In this document: positions 9,050 through 18,422 of the stretch, piece after piece
Position numbering within the stretch: the stretch's first letter is position 1
Layout of the letters: each line of letters begins with the position of its first letter
Origin: a virus
DNA length: 64,000 nucleotides
Reading direction: 5' to 3' (one strand)
Virus record (IMG/VR): IMGVR_UViG_3300021339_000006
Coordinates: 12,798 to 76,797 of that record
Position numbers and translations under genes: made by a program
Notes under the pieces: model-generated
Database searches by the model: none
Told to the model about the DNA's origin: nothing
What the model saw: only the letters and a program-made list of their open reading frames with translations

Positions 9050-9718
9050 TCAGGTTACGATTAAGGGTTTGTAAATTTGCTCGAACACCTCCACTCGACG
9101 TTCCCAAGTGTGCTGTCCTGCAAAGTGAATAGTTGGCATTCCTTTTCGCCACAGGATGCCGTCATGCCACATCTCAGGGCAAAAGCATCCGATCTCTTCT
9201 GCGCTTGCTGCGTAGATGCCCTTGAAGGCAGTCTCTCGAATGATCTCATCCATATACCATTGCTCCCAAGGAGGATAGGTAACGATCACGCGCTTCTTAG
9301 GTTCGATGCGCAGCGTTCCAATGGTGCAGCGCTCATGCCACTCATCGACAAAATCCATGGCATCCGCTGTCCTCTTCCACACCGTCAATCCAGCGCAGAT
9401 GTATTTCCAGAGCTTCCAGTTGGCTTGGTGGTAACCTGCCATGAAAATGTCCTTTTTGAGGAGGTCAGCCAAGTCCACTCTAAAGTCCATAAACGCCACA
9501 TCAGCGTCTGCCCACACAATCTCTTTATATCCAGCCAACATCGCTTCCCGAATGACGTGAACTTTGGTAAAGCTGGGATGCAGGTCTGGCCAAAACTTCT
9601 CACTTGTCTGCAAGTAGTCGTATCCACGTGCCTCCGCATACAGCCTGTGGTTCTCGAGGAACGGCTGGCAGAGGGAAGCGATCTCTGGCGTTGCGACAGT
9701 GAGTAGGGCTTTCTTCAT
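9050..9718 (-). CDS. glycosyltransferase (GT34/Mnn10-like nucleotide-sugar transferase)
   Basis: YAEARGY, WADAD (DxD), CAG, WEQ and IHFAG motifs. Confidence 0.7.
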   Translation of the reverse strand: MKKALLTVATPEIASLCQPFLENHRLYAEARGYDYLQTSEKFWPDLHPSFTKVHVIREAMLAGYKEIVWADADVAFMDFRVDLADLLKKDIFMAGYHQANWKLWKYICAGLTVWKRTADAMDFVDEWHERCTIGTLRIEPKKRVIVTYPPWEQWYMDEIIRETAFKGIYAASAEEIGCFCPEMWHDGILWRKGMPTIHFAGQHTWERRVEVFEQIYKPLIVT

Positions 9719-10260
9719 GGCTTTTGTATCCACCAGCTTGGGTAGTCCGTCTCCTGCGTCACGTTCACTTTCAGCCCGTGCGTCGCAGCAAACGTATCCA
9801 CCGCAGTCTTGACGCCGTAATCACCGGACTCAATCACGCCATCCAAGTAGTCATGCCCTGCCAAGATTCCATGCCGACGCACCTTGGGCCACCACAACGC
9901 CACGTCCTCTGTAGCTGCCGCAAGCGTATGGTTAGCGTCGATGTAGGCAAAGTCCAGGAAGTCGTCGCTAAAGTGCGGCGCAGCTTGCGCAGAGGTCATC
10001 CGCATTGGAATGGCACGCTTCCTGTAGTCGCGCGCCCGCGTCAAGATGCGTTGATAGCGGGCTTCCTGGTCATTGTCCCCATGCACGCTGTAGCCTGGCA
10101 CATCGAGGATCTTCCAAGGATCAATCTGCCAGCATGTCAACCCTAGAATTCTATCTAGAAGATCGAAGCTGAAGTAACCCTCCGCCACTCCAACTTCCAC
10201 GGCATAGTTGACCAGACCTAAGTCCTTCAACGCACCTGCAAAGTCTTTCCTCGTTCTCAT
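9715..10260 (-). CDS. class I SAM methyltransferase (Methyltransf_24-like)
   Basis: VEVGVAEG, IDPW, DFAYIDANH and GILAGHDY motifs. Confidence 0.85.
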   Translation of the reverse strand: MRTRKDFAGALKDLGLVNYAVEVGVAEGYFSFDLLDRILGLTCWQIDPWKILDVPGYSVHGDNDQEARYQRILTRARDYRKRAIPMRMTSAQAAPHFSDDFLDFAYIDANHTLAAATEDVALWWPKVRRHGILAGHDYLDGVIESGDYGVKTAVDTFAATHGLKVNVTQETDYPSWWIQKP

Positions 10261-10268
10261 CAATGTCC

Positions 10269-10994
10269 TCACCATTGCCTCCGTATCTTTTTAGTTGGTA
10301 TCGGTCTTTCCCAAACACGCTCCCCAGTCCACTCCGGAACCTTCCCCACGTATTGGATATCCTGCGCAGTCGAAATGTAGGCAGCCTGCGAACCACCGCG
10401 CTCACTGAGGCGGCCAGGCAGCGGGCGGTTATACCAGTAGAAAGGCTTGAAGCGTTCGGCGATCCCAACAGAAGTAACGCCTTCCTTTTTCAATCTCCGA
10501 TCCAGCTCTTGATCGTCCCCTGCGTATTGCGGGCGGTAACCTCCACAGCGTTCCACTAACGTCCTACGAAATCCCCAACAGCCATGGTAGGCAAAACGAT
10601 CTGTGTGACGCCAATGGAATGTATCGCTCTGCACCCATTCACCATCAACGTGATCTATGGCAACACGTGGCTGAACAAATTGGCTACCTTGCAACGCGTC
10701 AACAATGGACTCCAGCCACCAAGGCATGTAAATATCATCGTCGTCTGCCTTCGCCAGCGCGTCACTGTCAAAGGAAGCCATTGCGATGGCTGCATTGTTC
10801 TTCTCCCCGAGCGAACGAAACCGACGAGGAACAGACACCACATGCCACCTGTCACCCGACTGGTTTTCATACTGTCCAGAATCATCGAGGATAACCAACT
10901 CCCTATTCTCATAGGTTTGGTTTTCAAAGCATTTGATCATCCGCCCTAATAGCTCTGGGCGATTCAACGTCGGACAAAATGCGGTGATTTTCAT
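10269..10994 (-). CDS. glycosyltransferase family 2
   Basis: CPTLNR, ELVILDD, LGEKNN and ADDDD motifs. Confidence 0.85.
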   Translation of the reverse strand: MKITAFCPTLNRPELLGRMIKCFENQTYENRELVILDDSGQYENQSGDRWHVVSVPRRFRSLGEKNNAAIAMASFDSDALAKADDDDIYMPWWLESIVDALQGSQFVQPRVAIDHVDGEWVQSDTFHWRHTDRFAYHGCWGFRRTLVERCGGYRPQYAGDDQELDRRLKKEGVTSVGIAERFKPFYWYNRPLPGRLSERGGSQAAYISTAQDIQYVGKVPEWTGERVWERPIPTKKIRRQW

Positions 10995-11734
10995 TTCAGG
11001 CGTTCCCACTCTACGGGAACGATGTCTTTTACATCAAGCCCATTCCACCCAGGCACAAACCAAGGCGTTGGCATCACCACACGCTTCATCGGATTCTGAT
11101 TTAACCATGCAGCCCACCACGAGAACGTGCTGGCAGAACAAATTTGATTCCAACACCAACTCATCTCGACCAAGTCTTCCAGCTCATTATTTCCTTCCGA
11201 GAACGTGCAATCGTCCCTGTGCCCGAACGTCTCTTTGCACCACGAAATATCGTCACTGAAGAATCGAAAGTTCTCACCAGGAAAGGTAGCCATTGCACGC
11301 TCGATCCATTGCACAGGAACTGGTGGATGCTTCCGTGTCCAGCGCAAGTAATCACCGCGCCGAACGTGGACGGCTGTGCCAGAATGTGGAAACCAAGGAA
11401 AGTCGAACAGGTTGCGGATATTCCACTCCCACTTTTTGAAATACTTCTCCGACTGCCAGTAACCGTTGAGCAGAATGTTCTGCTCCCGCCACTCCTCCTT
11501 AAAGGGCCGCTCGTGATGGCAGAACACCGGCTCCTCAATCGTTACTGACGGCAGGTTCGGATTGAAGTTTGGGTTGACAAGGTGCTGGAGATAGACGGGA
11601 CTCCACTTGGGATCCCTCGACTCTGCCAACGTTGGCATGGTGAACTCAAGTTGGTGGTCCAGTGCGTAGCTGATTGCGCCTGCTGCTTGGAACAAGAAAT
11701 TGCCCAAGCGTCCGTAGGTTAGGGGCTTGACCAT
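10991..11734 (-). CDS. alpha-1,2-fucosyltransferase-like (GT11)
   Basis: GRLGNFLFQ, GYWQSEKYF, HVRRGDY, FSDD and STFSWWAAWL are the hallmark GT11 motifs. Confidence 0.9.
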   Translation of the reverse strand: MVKPLTYGRLGNFLFQAAGAISYALDHQLEFTMPTLAESRDPKWSPVYLQHLVNPNFNPNLPSVTIEEPVFCHHERPFKEEWREQNILLNGYWQSEKYFKKWEWNIRNLFDFPWFPHSGTAVHVRRGDYLRWTRKHPPVPVQWIERAMATFPGENFRFFSDDISWCKETFGHRDDCTFSEGNNELEDLVEMSWCWNQICSASTFSWWAAWLNQNPMKRVVMPTPWFVPGWNGLDVKDIVPVEWERLK

Positions 11735-11735
11735 G

Positions 11736-12371
11736 CTAGATAAGGAGTTTGTAGTATTCGCCTTCTTTGAACTTTGTGCCAAGTGTAATGGATTCCTGCG
11801 CGCTCTCCTCGTGGTAACGGGCAAGTGGAAGGATCCGAAAGTCCATGCTTACACGCGCCGCATTGGTGCAGTTGCGATGATTTCCGTGCGTGAGAACGTT
11901 GCCATCGAACGCAATCAACTCCCCTACGCGCATACGCATAGGCTCAAAGTCCTGCTTCCCTGGTTCCGATTCAACCCACACGCTGGCTGATCCGTCGGAA
12001 TTGGTTAGTGGGATGATGTAGTTCTTCTCGCCCTTAGGGTGCCCGAACGCAGCATCATTGTGGAAGGCGCCGACAGCAACATTGCCTGGAAGGTGGATGC
12101 GGAAAGTAGGAAACCGCTGATAGAGGATTCGCATCGGATACGTGGGCGCGACTACCGACCGAACAAAGTCCTCGTAGGTATTCACCATCTCCGGCCACCC
12201 AGCACGATACTTGTCATAAAAACGTTTGTGGAAAGATGTGGAAGAGTCAGCGCCTACTTTGAACAAATGCTCGTGGTGTTCCTGCAAAGAGGAGAGGTCT
12301 TTGGTTTCAAACAAAGCCTCCAACAGTCCAACAAAATCAAAGCCTGAGTAGGGTGTAGTCGTGTATCTCAT
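11736..12371 (-). CDS. 2OG-Fe(II) dioxygenase-like (StrG-like) protein
   Basis: YQRFPTFR, FHND (HxD), THGN and RVSMDFR motifs. Confidence 0.7.
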   Translation of the reverse strand: MRYTTTPYSGFDFVGLLEALFETKDLSSLQEHHEHLFKVGADSSTSFHKRFYDKYRAGWPEMVNTYEDFVRSVVAPTYPMRILYQRFPTFRIHLPGNVAVGAFHNDAAFGHPKGEKNYIIPLTNSDGSASVWVESEPGKQDFEPMRMRVGELIAFDGNVLTHGNHRNCTNAARVSMDFRILPLARYHEESAQESITLGTKFKEGEYYKLLI

Positions 12372-13289
12372 TTATTTCTTCTTCTTCGGTTCTGGTGTTA
12401 AGCCAGCAAGGGCAGGAAGCCAAGCACACCGACAATTGGGATGGAGAGGAATGATCCCTCTCGCCTCGTCCACAGTTAGGATTTCCCCTGCACGCGCTGA
12501 GCATTGTTCACACACCCTATCATCTCCAGCTGTTGACCATTCCACCTGCAAGCCCAGCTCATCCACGCCAAGCTTCTCGTAGGCATCCAGCTGCCCTTCC
12601 GAATGGGCATTTATGATCTCTGTCCGCGCGATCATTAGCGCACGCGCGTAGGACAAGGAATCAATCTTGTCGGTCATTGCCCTTGCTATGGCAGTCGCCC
12701 CTAGTCCGTCCACCATGCCCTGGGCGAGGATTGTGTTGAGCTGAGCGCCCATTGTAGCAGTGACGCCACGCAGCTCCTCGTAGGTGCGCATTCCAAGCAA
12801 GCGCACTTTGCTCATTGCTTCTGGCTGGTTGAAGGAGTCAGCGAGGAATTTGGATTCGGTTATGTCCTCCTCCAGCAAGTCCGCCCTGCGTGAGGCTAGG
12901 TAGGCGTTGATGTGCCCCTTCTTGTAAGCCGATTCGATATACTCCGTCGTCCAAGGTTCGTCTGCATTTGCGCCTGGTGGGAGGGAAAAGATGTCCGCCT
13001 CTACTTGCTGCCGGAACCAATCGTTGAACGCTTTGAGCTTCCCAGCATCGGTTCGGAATTCATATTCGCGGCGCTGTGCGAGGATGGCGAGACCAAGCTT
13101 CTTCTCCTTCAGTCCCAATGCGTCCAGCTCTACAATGAACTCTCGGACATGCGCCTTGAGCTTTCGGAAACGTCGCAGGAGATCTTGCTCAAACTTGCGC
13201 CGAATCATCAACGTCCTCGTGGGATCCATCCTCAATGGATTCTTTCGCACGTTGAACGTTGGCTTTTGGTTGGTGGTGCAACAGGACAT
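12372..13289 (-). CDS. head morphogenesis protein (SPP1 gp7 / Mu gpF family)
   Basis: RALMIARTE, W.TAGDDRVC..C and PLHPNCRC motifs. Confidence 0.9.
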   Translation of the reverse strand: MSCCTTNQKPTFNVRKNPLRMDPTRTLMIRRKFEQDLLRRFRKLKAHVREFIVELDALGLKEKKLGLAILAQRREYEFRTDAGKLKAFNDWFRQQVEADIFSLPPGANADEPWTTEYIESAYKKGHINAYLASRRADLLEEDITESKFLADSFNQPEAMSKVRLLGMRTYEELRGVTATMGAQLNTILAQGMVDGLGATAIARAMTDKIDSLSYARALMIARTEIINAHSEGQLDAYEKLGVDELGLQVEWSTAGDDRVCEQCSARAGEILTVDEARGIIPLHPNCRCAWLPALAGLTPEPKKKK

Positions 13290-13297
13290 AAAAATTT

Positions 13298-13332
13298 GCC
13301 TCGGCTGGCCAAAGGATGAAACCAGCCGAGGC
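13298..13332 (-). terminator. 11-bp GC-rich hairpin (terminator/attenuator) just before the gp7-like start
   Basis: GCCTCGGCTGG / CCAGCCGAGGC, followed by AAATTTTT and then ATG. Confidence 0.5.
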
Positions 13333-13344
13333 GCGCGGCGGAGA

Positions 13345-13773
13345 TTAACCGCGTGATTTGCGAGACGGAGCCGGAGGAGGTGTCTCCTCATCCTCTTCGT
13401 CGCCTTCTTCTTCGTCATCGGCTGGGATCAGCTCGTCCTGAGACTCCGGCGCCTCAGCAACTTCCACGGTGGTGGCATCTTTGTGCGCCACTGTGTAACC
13501 AATCTCCACAACCAGCGGAGTCACGTCTGGACCGACGTGAGCGTCAACCTGAACGCTGACAACCTTGTCGCCAAGCGCGCCGTCACCGTTGACATAAATG
13601 ACAATCTCCTTCTGGCTTGAGTCAGGTGAAATTGTGGGCGCGGACGAATCGCCTTCCACAACTGCACCGACAGCAAACGCGCCACTGTCCAGCACGTCCA
13701 CTGCCTCATCAGGCGTCAATGTCAGTTTGCGCCGGTAGCCTGGCTTGATGGACTTCTTGAGTTGAACTCTCAT
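13345..13773 (-). CDS. hypothetical beta-rich protein with acidic tail
   Basis: Start MRVQLKK with SD-like GGAAGAG and ATGA overlap. Confidence 0.55.
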   Translation of the reverse strand: MRVQLKKSIKPGYRRKLTLTPDEAVDVLDSGAFAVGAVVEGDSSAPTISPDSSQKEIVIYVNGDGALGDKVVSVQVDAHVGPDVTPLVVEIGYTVAHKDATTVEVAEAPESQDELIPADDEEEGDEEDEETPPPAPSRKSRG

Positions 13774-13937
13774 TTCTCTTCCTTCTTTGGTATTGGTTCG
13801 TCTCCGCCGTCTTCCACAAGGATTACGAACGGGACGCGCCTTGGTTTTGGTTTTGTCTTGCATGATAGCAGGGTCATGGCCGCCAACACGACGGCACCCG
13901 CAGTCAACGCGAAGCTGATTATCAAAGCTGTTTTCAT
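13770..13937 (-). CDS. small putative lipoprotein (55 aa)
   Basis: Not in ORF track. MKTALIISFALTAGAVVLAAMTLLSC-KTKPK gives a signal peptide plus LLSC lipobox; ATGA overlaps on both sides. Confidence 0.5.
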   Translation of the reverse strand: MKTALIISFALTAGAVVLAAMTLLSCKTKPKPRRVPFVILVEDGGDEPIPKKEEK

Positions 13938-15397
13938 GGGCGCAATGGGACGGTTGGTTTCACTGTCGGGCGGCCGCGTTTTGTCTCACCGTTCTTTTCT
14001 CCCTCCTCCTCTTCATCCTCCTCCGGTTCCTCAAGAGCACGCTCCTCTTCCTCGAGTTGGACTTCCTCCATGCGTTCGCTGGCTGCATCAATGACAGCTT
14101 TGGCTTCATCGTCTTCCATTCCGAGGATCAGTGTGAGGTAATGGAACGGCGGGATCAAAAGATCGACGCCACCCATCGCATACTTTGCCAGCGCAGTAGT
14201 CTTCATCGACGCCACCTCTGCCTTCTCCTTGTCGCTGGGCGTATTGAGGTCGGGCCAGTGAACCTGAATCTCCTTGGGCTTGGACAGCGCGCCGAATGCA
14301 ATCAGCCGTTCTACTGTTGGCAGGATTACAAAAGGCGTGACGTATTCCTTGCGCCTGCGCGTGAGGCGTTTGATCCAAGCGCGGGCGTCCTGTTCGGATG
14401 CTAGTTGCGCAGCTTCTGACCCGATAAAAACGCGCCATGGGACTCCTAGGGCGGCAGCAATCAGCTTTATTTGAACCTCTACATGCGAGCCAGGGTCGGC
14501 TACTTGTGGCGTCAAGCTTTTTGCAGACATGCCCTGGAGCGCAATGTAACGCTGGAGCCCTTCCATGTAGGCTTCCAACTGTTTCTTTGTGCCCTCCTCG
14601 TCGATCTCAACGTCCTCCCCAGGCAGCGTTTCCAAGGACAGTCCTGGGAAGCCTCCCTTCCAAAACATCTCGCCACTGCCACCTGAGATCTTCTTCAAGT
14701 CCAGCAGTCGATTGTAAACCTTCTCCATCCGAGGCAGCCCGTAAACATCACTGGACATTCGGTTGTCTGCGAGGTGGATGATGCGCGACCAGTGAACCTT
14801 GTTGGAAGCGACGGCATTGGCTGTTCCCTGCACGTCCTGAAACTGGATGTTGTAAAGGACTGGAAGACCGTAGCGCGGGTTGGAGGTGTTGGTTTCGAAG
14901 GCGTCAATGCGAACCACCTGTTCATCGAAAGGTCGCACGTAAAGCAGCTCAAGCTTGGCATTGGCGTTGGTGATGATGTCACCCTTCTCTGTGATCCCTG
15001 GCGCAGGTTCGCTCAACGCCTTGCCGTCACTCAAGCCCAACAGCACCACACCGAACCTGCCGATCCCACTGAGAGTGTCCGCGCGCTGCAAGACAGAGAA
15101 CAGCCTGTGTTTCTTTTCCAGCTCAATGAACTCTTTCTCAAAAGGAGTTTCGGTTTGCTTCTCTGTCTCGAAGACTTCTGGATTCTCCGCCCACGTCTCC
15201 TCCGGCCACACAGAAACAACACGTGACGCAATGTCTCCGCGCAGGAACGCCTTCTTGCAATCCTCAGTGGTGACCTCAGATGGGTGCCCACATTCCTGGT
15301 CGATGTCGCGCATACTGTCGAGCTGCCGGCGCAGCCACAATTGGCGTTCGAGGAGGATGTTTTGAACTATCGCGGCATTGACAGCGAGTTTACTCAT
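13934..15397 (-). CDS. portal protein (DUF1073-like)
   Basis: YGLP..Y, VHWSRIIH, YG.PR, SGE.FW and GVPWRVFIG motifs. Size and position also fit. Confidence 0.85.
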   Translation of the reverse strand: MSKLAVNAAIVQNILLERQLWLRRQLDSMRDIDQECGHPSEVTTEDCKKAFLRGDIASRVVSVWPEETWAENPEVFETEKQTETPFEKEFIELEKKHRLFSVLQRADTLSGIGRFGVVLLGLSDGKALSEPAPGITEKGDIITNANAKLELLYVRPFDEQVVRIDAFETNTSNPRYGLPVLYNIQFQDVQGTANAVASNKVHWSRIIHLADNRMSSDVYGLPRMEKVYNRLLDLKKISGGSGEMFWKGGFPGLSLETLPGEDVEIDEEGTKKQLEAYMEGLQRYIALQGMSAKSLTPQVADPGSHVEVQIKLIAAALGVPWRVFIGSEAAQLASEQDARAWIKRLTRRRKEYVTPFVILPTVERLIAFGALSKPKEIQVHWPDLNTPSDKEKAEVASMKTTALAKYAMGGVDLLIPPFHYLTLILGMEDDEAKAVIDAASERMEEVQLEEEERALEEPEEDEEEEGEKNGETKRGRPTVKPTVPLRP

Positions 15398-15432
15398 CGC
15401 GGAACTGTAATTCCTGCCACCGCAGAAGCAAA
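15398..15432 (-). promoter_or_regulatory. putative leaderless sigma70-like promoter of the portal gene
   Basis: TTGCTT-N16-TACAGT-N6-ATG. Confidence 0.45.
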
Positions 15433-15442
15433 CGTTTTACAT

Positions 15443-15643
15443 TCACGTGGTCGAGAAACTCTTTTCCGCTGTGAGTTCGCAGACGAGGTGGGTGGTTTCC
15501 TTCAAGTCCTTCCATGTGACACCGTAGGTTGGTTGCTGCCCAGGGCGGACATAAATTCCAGTCACGATGCCCGCGCTTTCCGAGACCAGCTTGTGATACA
15601 CAGTGCTCTCGAGTGGAAAGGCGATTTCAAGGACAAACTTCAT
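15443..15643 (-). CDS. hypothetical protein
   Basis: Compact ORF with ATGA overlap. Confidence 0.55.
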   Translation of the reverse strand: MKFVLEIAFPLESTVYHKLVSESAGIVTGIYVRPGQQPTYGVTWKDLKETTHLVCELTAEKSFSTT

Positions 15644-16020
15644 GCGCCGTTGGAGGTTGGTAGTTCGCTAGGAGCTTCTTCACTGTCACCAAACTCCTGC
15701 CACATCCAGCGCACCACGTAGTCCATCACGGAAGTAGCCATCGGGATGTCGGGATTCTTGGTAGGGCCGCGAGGATCGAACTGGGTATGGGAAAGCTTAC
15801 GCACAATGTCCGCCAAGGAAACGCCACGCTGGAGCGCCATGCTAATGAGGATGCCGATGCAGCCCCACGTTCCAGCGTCCGCAGACTTGCCCATGTTCAC
15901 AAACACCTCACCAGGCGAGCCGTCGTCAAACAAACCTACCCTGATGTAACCCTTCACCGGCCCAACTTTGAACTTGTGGACAATGGCTGCGCGCGTCTCT
16001 GACAGTCGCCTACGTTCCAT
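15640..16020 (-). CDS. stand-alone class II ribonucleotide reductase C-terminal (TSCPD) domain protein
   Basis: RRRL..TR..IVHKFKVG..KGYI.VGLFDDGSPGEVF...SMALQRGV...F.P.G.T.NPDIP.ATSVMDY. Confidence 0.8.
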   Translation of the reverse strand: MERRRLSETRAAIVHKFKVGPVKGYIRVGLFDDGSPGEVFVNMGKSADAGTWGCIGILISMALQRGVSLADIVRKLSHTQFDPRGPTKNPDIPMATSVMDYVVRWMWQEFGDSEEAPSELPTSNGA

Positions 16021-16441
16021 GCTTCTCTCCCACTGGACCGACGCGACGCGACGGAGGACCATCTACTTTCTTAATACCTGCATCATCCGCCAAGATGTTC
16101 TTCTCCAGTTCTCCAACCATGGGTGATTTGGTTCGCATGTCCAGCACGCGCAGGCGTCGCATTCCAGCAATGCGCAGCAGGATCAGGTAGCCAAGCAAGT
16201 CCAACACAACGTCCTCACCGAACGCATTGGGACTGGATGCCATGCGACTCAGCTTGTCGTCGAGGCGCACCTTGATCTGTTCCGCAGCATCCGCTTTGGA
16301 GAAGATGCGAACGGGATTGAGGGCAGAGTCACCATACGCCCTGTTCTTCTGAATCAGGAGCGTTTGGATTTCATTGCAGACAGTTGCGATGTCTGCCTGA
16401 GTTTGGAGCAGCATCTCTTCTGTGGTTTCGTTGCTAATCAT
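16010..16441 (-). CDS. nucleotide-modification-associated domain protein (DUF1599/Nmad1-like)
   Basis: KNRAYGDS...IKVRLDDKLSR...DVVLDLLGYLIL. Confidence 0.65.
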   Translation of the reverse strand: MISNETTEEMLLQTQADIATVCNEIQTLLIQKNRAYGDSALNPVRIFSKADAAEQIKVRLDDKLSRMASSPNAFGEDVVLDLLGYLILLRIAGMRRLRVLDMRTKSPMVGELEKNILADDAGIKKVDGPPSRRVGPVGEKHGT

Positions 16442-17364
16442 ACCTTTGAATACTTTGGAATCCACGCTCCTTCGGCCGTCTGGTCGAAGTCACACATCAA
16501 ACGCGGCTCCTTCTCCACTAATATCTTCGCCACCTTGGAAAGCGCCACGGCGATTTCCTCCTCCGCTGCTGGGGACGTGCGCAGCGCAATGATGTGCCGC
16601 AGTGCGCGCAGGTTCAGCGACCAAACTCCGCCTGTCGCTACGCCCATTGGAATAATCCGGCGCAGGCAAGAGGTGAGCTGCTTCTTGAGATGGAAATTGT
16701 TGTTGGAATTGTCGATGTCCCACGTCTTCATCAAGTCAACATAGGCTTCCTGCGCAAACTGAAAGACACTGGCGAATACCTTCTGCGTATAACGCTTCTT
16801 GCTTGCGAGGTCATACAACTTCATCTGCGGAGATTTGCTAGGCTGCCCAGGAGGCACGTTCCACGGATCTAACTCCTCCAAAACTTCTCGCTCTTCCTTT
16901 GTCAATCGAATGGACGAGGGCATCCACCAAGGGATGTCTGTGAACCGAATGTATCTCATGGAACCCTCGCTGATCGCCACGCCCGCGCGATGCCTGTTCA
17001 TCTCGCCAGTAAAGACTCGGCTGACTCCTTCGATGGCAAAGTTGTAGGTGGCGTGTTCGAGGACAGAACCATGACCGGACTTGAGGATGTTCTCAAAGTA
17101 TTCGTGCCAGTCCTTGCGCACCTTGGTGACGTTTGGATTCAAGCCAGGCTCGAAACTCATGTAGCAGCGTTTGGCAGCGAGCCCAATGATGGATTCCGCA
17201 CCACTCAAAGGCTTGTGCTCACTCATGCTCCCAATGCCTTTGAAACAGCCATCTTGAGGCCAGGCGTATTTGGTAGCGCCTACATGATCCAACCACCTTC
17301 GAATCTCAGCGTCATCCGCTTGCGTCGCACCAATACAAAAGACCTCAATTTCAACATTTCTCAT
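16438..17364 (-). CDS. thyX: FAD-dependent thymidylate synthase
   Basis: GHGSVLEHA, RHR......SMRY and NLRALRH..LR....AEEEI motifs. Confidence 0.92.
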   Translation of the reverse strand: MRNVEIEVFCIGATQADDAEIRRWLDHVGATKYAWPQDGCFKGIGSMSEHKPLSGAESIIGLAAKRCYMSFEPGLNPNVTKVRKDWHEYFENILKSGHGSVLEHATYNFAIEGVSRVFTGEMNRHRAGVAISEGSMRYIRFTDIPWWMPSSIRLTKEEREVLEELDPWNVPPGQPSKSPQMKLYDLASKKRYTQKVFASVFQFAQEAYVDLMKTWDIDNSNNNFHLKKQLTSCLRRIIPMGVATGGVWSLNLRALRHIIALRTSPAAEEEIAVALSKVAKILVEKEPRLMCDFDQTAEGAWIPKYSKV

Positions 17365-17537
17365 CGTGAACTATTATCTGGGCAGGACTCGGCTGAATGC
17401 AGCTTCGTCACGGTTAGCAGGAATACGTTTGGATTTGACGGTGCGTGGCTTGGCAAACAGGTAACCACCAATGAAGCCGAGCACAAAGTTGACAGCCATG
17501 CAGACAATCAACGTTCCAATGAATTGATCCAACGTCA

Positions 17538-18056
17538 TCATAAAGAGCTTGGAGCTAGGTCTAGTTTGTCACCGACTTTGACAGGAAATTCCAACCGCCA
17601 CTTCATCAATCCGCTCTTCACCGCACCGAACACCACAGGCATGTTGGTTTCGTCGATGGGAATAGGCTGGAGCGTTACAATCCAATTGGTGATGGTGTGG
17701 TTCGTGTTGTCAGGCACGCCATCCTCGCCTTTGCCGACCTGTAACACTGGACGCTCCTCTACCTTGAGCACTTGGAAGCGCGTTGTCCACGGCGCTGCTT
17801 TGTTACGCGCTTCCTGGGCAGCCTTGCGCATTTGCACCGACATAGGCGCAGCGGGTGGCATGATCGAAGCATGGTTCGTGTTGATAGTTGTGAGGTTGGT
17901 GGTGTGCATCACCTCCACCTTGGTCCCTGCAGGCGCAATGACGGTAATGGAATTGCCTAGCTGCGCCGCTGCTTTCTCGTTGCAGCTAAGGGCAAGTCCG
18001 AAAGCAAGCACCAGCGCCGCAGGAAAGAAATCCCAAAGTTTCTCAAGGTTTCTCAT
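17538..18056 (-). CDS. hypothetical membrane/secreted protein
   Basis: Hydrophobic N-terminus followed by LSC. Confidence 0.5.
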   Translation of the reverse strand: MRNLEKLWDFFPAALVLAFGLALSCNEKAAAQLGNSITVIAPAGTKVEVMHTTNLTTINTNHASIMPPAAPMSVQMRKAAQEARNKAAPWTTRFQVLKVEERPVLQVGKGEDGVPDNTNHTITNWIVTLQPIPIDETNMPVVFGAVKSGLMKWRLEFPVKVGDKLDLAPSSL

Positions 18057-18227
18057 TTGCGCTTTCTGGGTTGGTAACAAACATGGGCGCCTTCTTTGCG
18101 CGCTCGTCCGTTACGTGAATTTGATTGTCGGTAGAGGCGCGCAGGATTGTGTCGCTGTCCACAGTCACCACAACCATTCCATCGGTTAGGATGACTTCGA
18201 TTCGGTTCGCGTTGTGAATATCGGCTT

Positions 18228-18422
18228 TCATGGTTTCCTGTAGTGGCAAAACTTGAAGCTCTTCCCGCTCCCGCACGCGCAGGGTGAATAAAGCTTGATT
18301 TGCCTGTTGCTGGTTTCCTTGGCTGTCAAATCCCGTTTCACTGGAATGTAATCTTTGCGCTCCGCGCGAGGGAGCTTTTGAATTTCTTCCTCGTTAATGA
18401 GGACGCCTGTTCTTGTGTTCAT
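18228..18422 (-). CDS. SEC-C motif protein
   Basis: PCACGSGKSFKFCH. Confidence 0.75.
   Translation of the reverse strand: MNTRTGVLINEEEIQKLPRAERKDYIPVKRDLTAKETSNRQIKLYSPCACGSGKSFKFCHYRKP

Noticed and set aside
13934-15397. Anti-CBASS Acb1 label often attached to this family
   Set aside because: Size, motifs and synteny indicate a portal; no paired HxT phosphoesterase motifs are evident.
16990-18189. 399-aa plus-strand ORF
   Set aside because: Antisense to thyX and neighbours, with no motifs; shadow ORF.
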